A DNA stretch of 60,160 nucleotides, counting the filler. It is 4 parts of 4 records of this genome, joined end to end, with 100 filler letters (N's around TTAATTAATTAA, not from the genome) between each part and the next. Parts side by side here need not be neighbours in the genome. Positions count along the whole stretch, not along the records: positions 53,295 to 60,160 come from DRR723986_8950; 3 more parts are not named here. One strand, 5' to 3'. Numbering within the stretch: position 1 is the stretch's first letter; every line of letters starts with the position of its first letter. Below the pieces are notes generated by a model that was not told the DNA's origin, did not search any database, and was given only the letters and a program-made list of their open reading frames with translations. Position numbers and translations under genes: made by a program. Shown piece by piece: positions 59,712 through 60,160 of the stretch.

Positions 59712-60160
59712 AACGGGTTGTCATTACCGGGCAGGGCACCATCAACGCGCTCGGGGCCGATGTCGCGGCCACGAAAGAGGCGATGTGTGAAGGCCGCTGC
59801 GGAATAGGCGAGCTGGAGATCCGCGATCTGGACCGGTTGGCGGTCCGCATTGGCGGTCAGATCAAGGACTACGACCCCGAGGCATTGTTCAATCGTCAGC
59901 AGATATCGCTCTACGACCGGTTTACGCAGTTCACGCTGATCTCGGCCCGGCAGGCCATCGCCCAATCGGGGCTGACGTTCAGCGGCGATCTGGCAGCGCG
60001 GTCCGGGGTGGTGCTTGGCACATCCGGCGGCGGGATGCAGACTCTGGATGAGAACTACCGCTCGGTCTACGAAGAGGGCAAGAACCGCGTTCATCCCTTC
60101 GTGGTGCCCAAGCTGATGAACAACGCGGCTGCCAGCCATGTCAGCATGGAGTTCAACCTC
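59708..60160 (+). CDS. Beta-ketoacyl-ACP synthase (FabF/NodE-like), 3'-truncated; absent from the ORF track
   Basis: Manual translation: MKRVVITGQGTINALG...DRFTQF...GVVLGTSGGG...PFVVPKLMNNAAASHVS; ATGA overlap with the ACP gene. Confidence 0.93.
   Translation, partial: MKRVVITGQGTINALGADVAATKEAMCEGRCGIGELEIRDLDRLAVRIGGQIKDYDPEALFNRQQISLYDRFTQFTLISARQAIAQSGLTFSGDLAARSGVVLGTSGGGMQTLDENYRSVYEEGKNRVHPFVVPKLMNNAAASHVSMEFNL

Noticed and set aside
1-60160. CRISPR arrays, tRNA/rRNA genes, transposases, integrases and a cobalamin riboswitch
   Set aside because: None recognised by eye; the region upstream of the cob cluster, where a riboswitch would lie, is outside the contig.

Overview
The window is not one locus. 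It is four unrelated contig fragments joined by artificial 100-nt linkers (N44-TTAATTAATTAA-N44 at 8365-8464, 34688-34787 and 53195-53294). (1) 1-8364: an alphaproteobacterial S10/spc/alpha ribosomal cluster (rpsC to secY, adk, start of rpsM) with a strongly structured rpsM leader. (2) 8465-34687: a Planctomycetota-like fragment with carB, a serine hydrolase, an exported four-gene run (FG-GAP protein, trypsin-like protease, unknown protein, sulfatase), a Tad minor-pilin cassette, an ECF sigma factor, two Tat-type Gfo/Idh/MocA oxidoreductases, an enolase-superfamily enzyme, a solitary dnaE2 and a DoxX protein. (3) 34788-53194: a Burkholderiales-like fragment with a corrinoid uptake and late cobalamin cluster, uppP, an atypical photolyase-family protein and a TetR/lipoprotein/DUF1329 unit. 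It also holds the best novelty candidate: a compact operon coupling an HMW1C/NGT-type (GT41) protein glycosyltransferase to a VioA-like aminotransferase, an ATP-grasp ligase and an oxidoreductase, with no adhesin acceptor nearby. (4) 53295-60160: a Rhodobacteraceae-like fragment with a sugar ABC ATPase, SDR, PfkB kinase, mepK and ldtD, and lpxD followed by a specialised ACP and ketosynthase. No rRNA, tRNA, CRISPR array or mobile element was recognised. All calls come from motif recognition without database searches; taxonomy is inferred from protein style.
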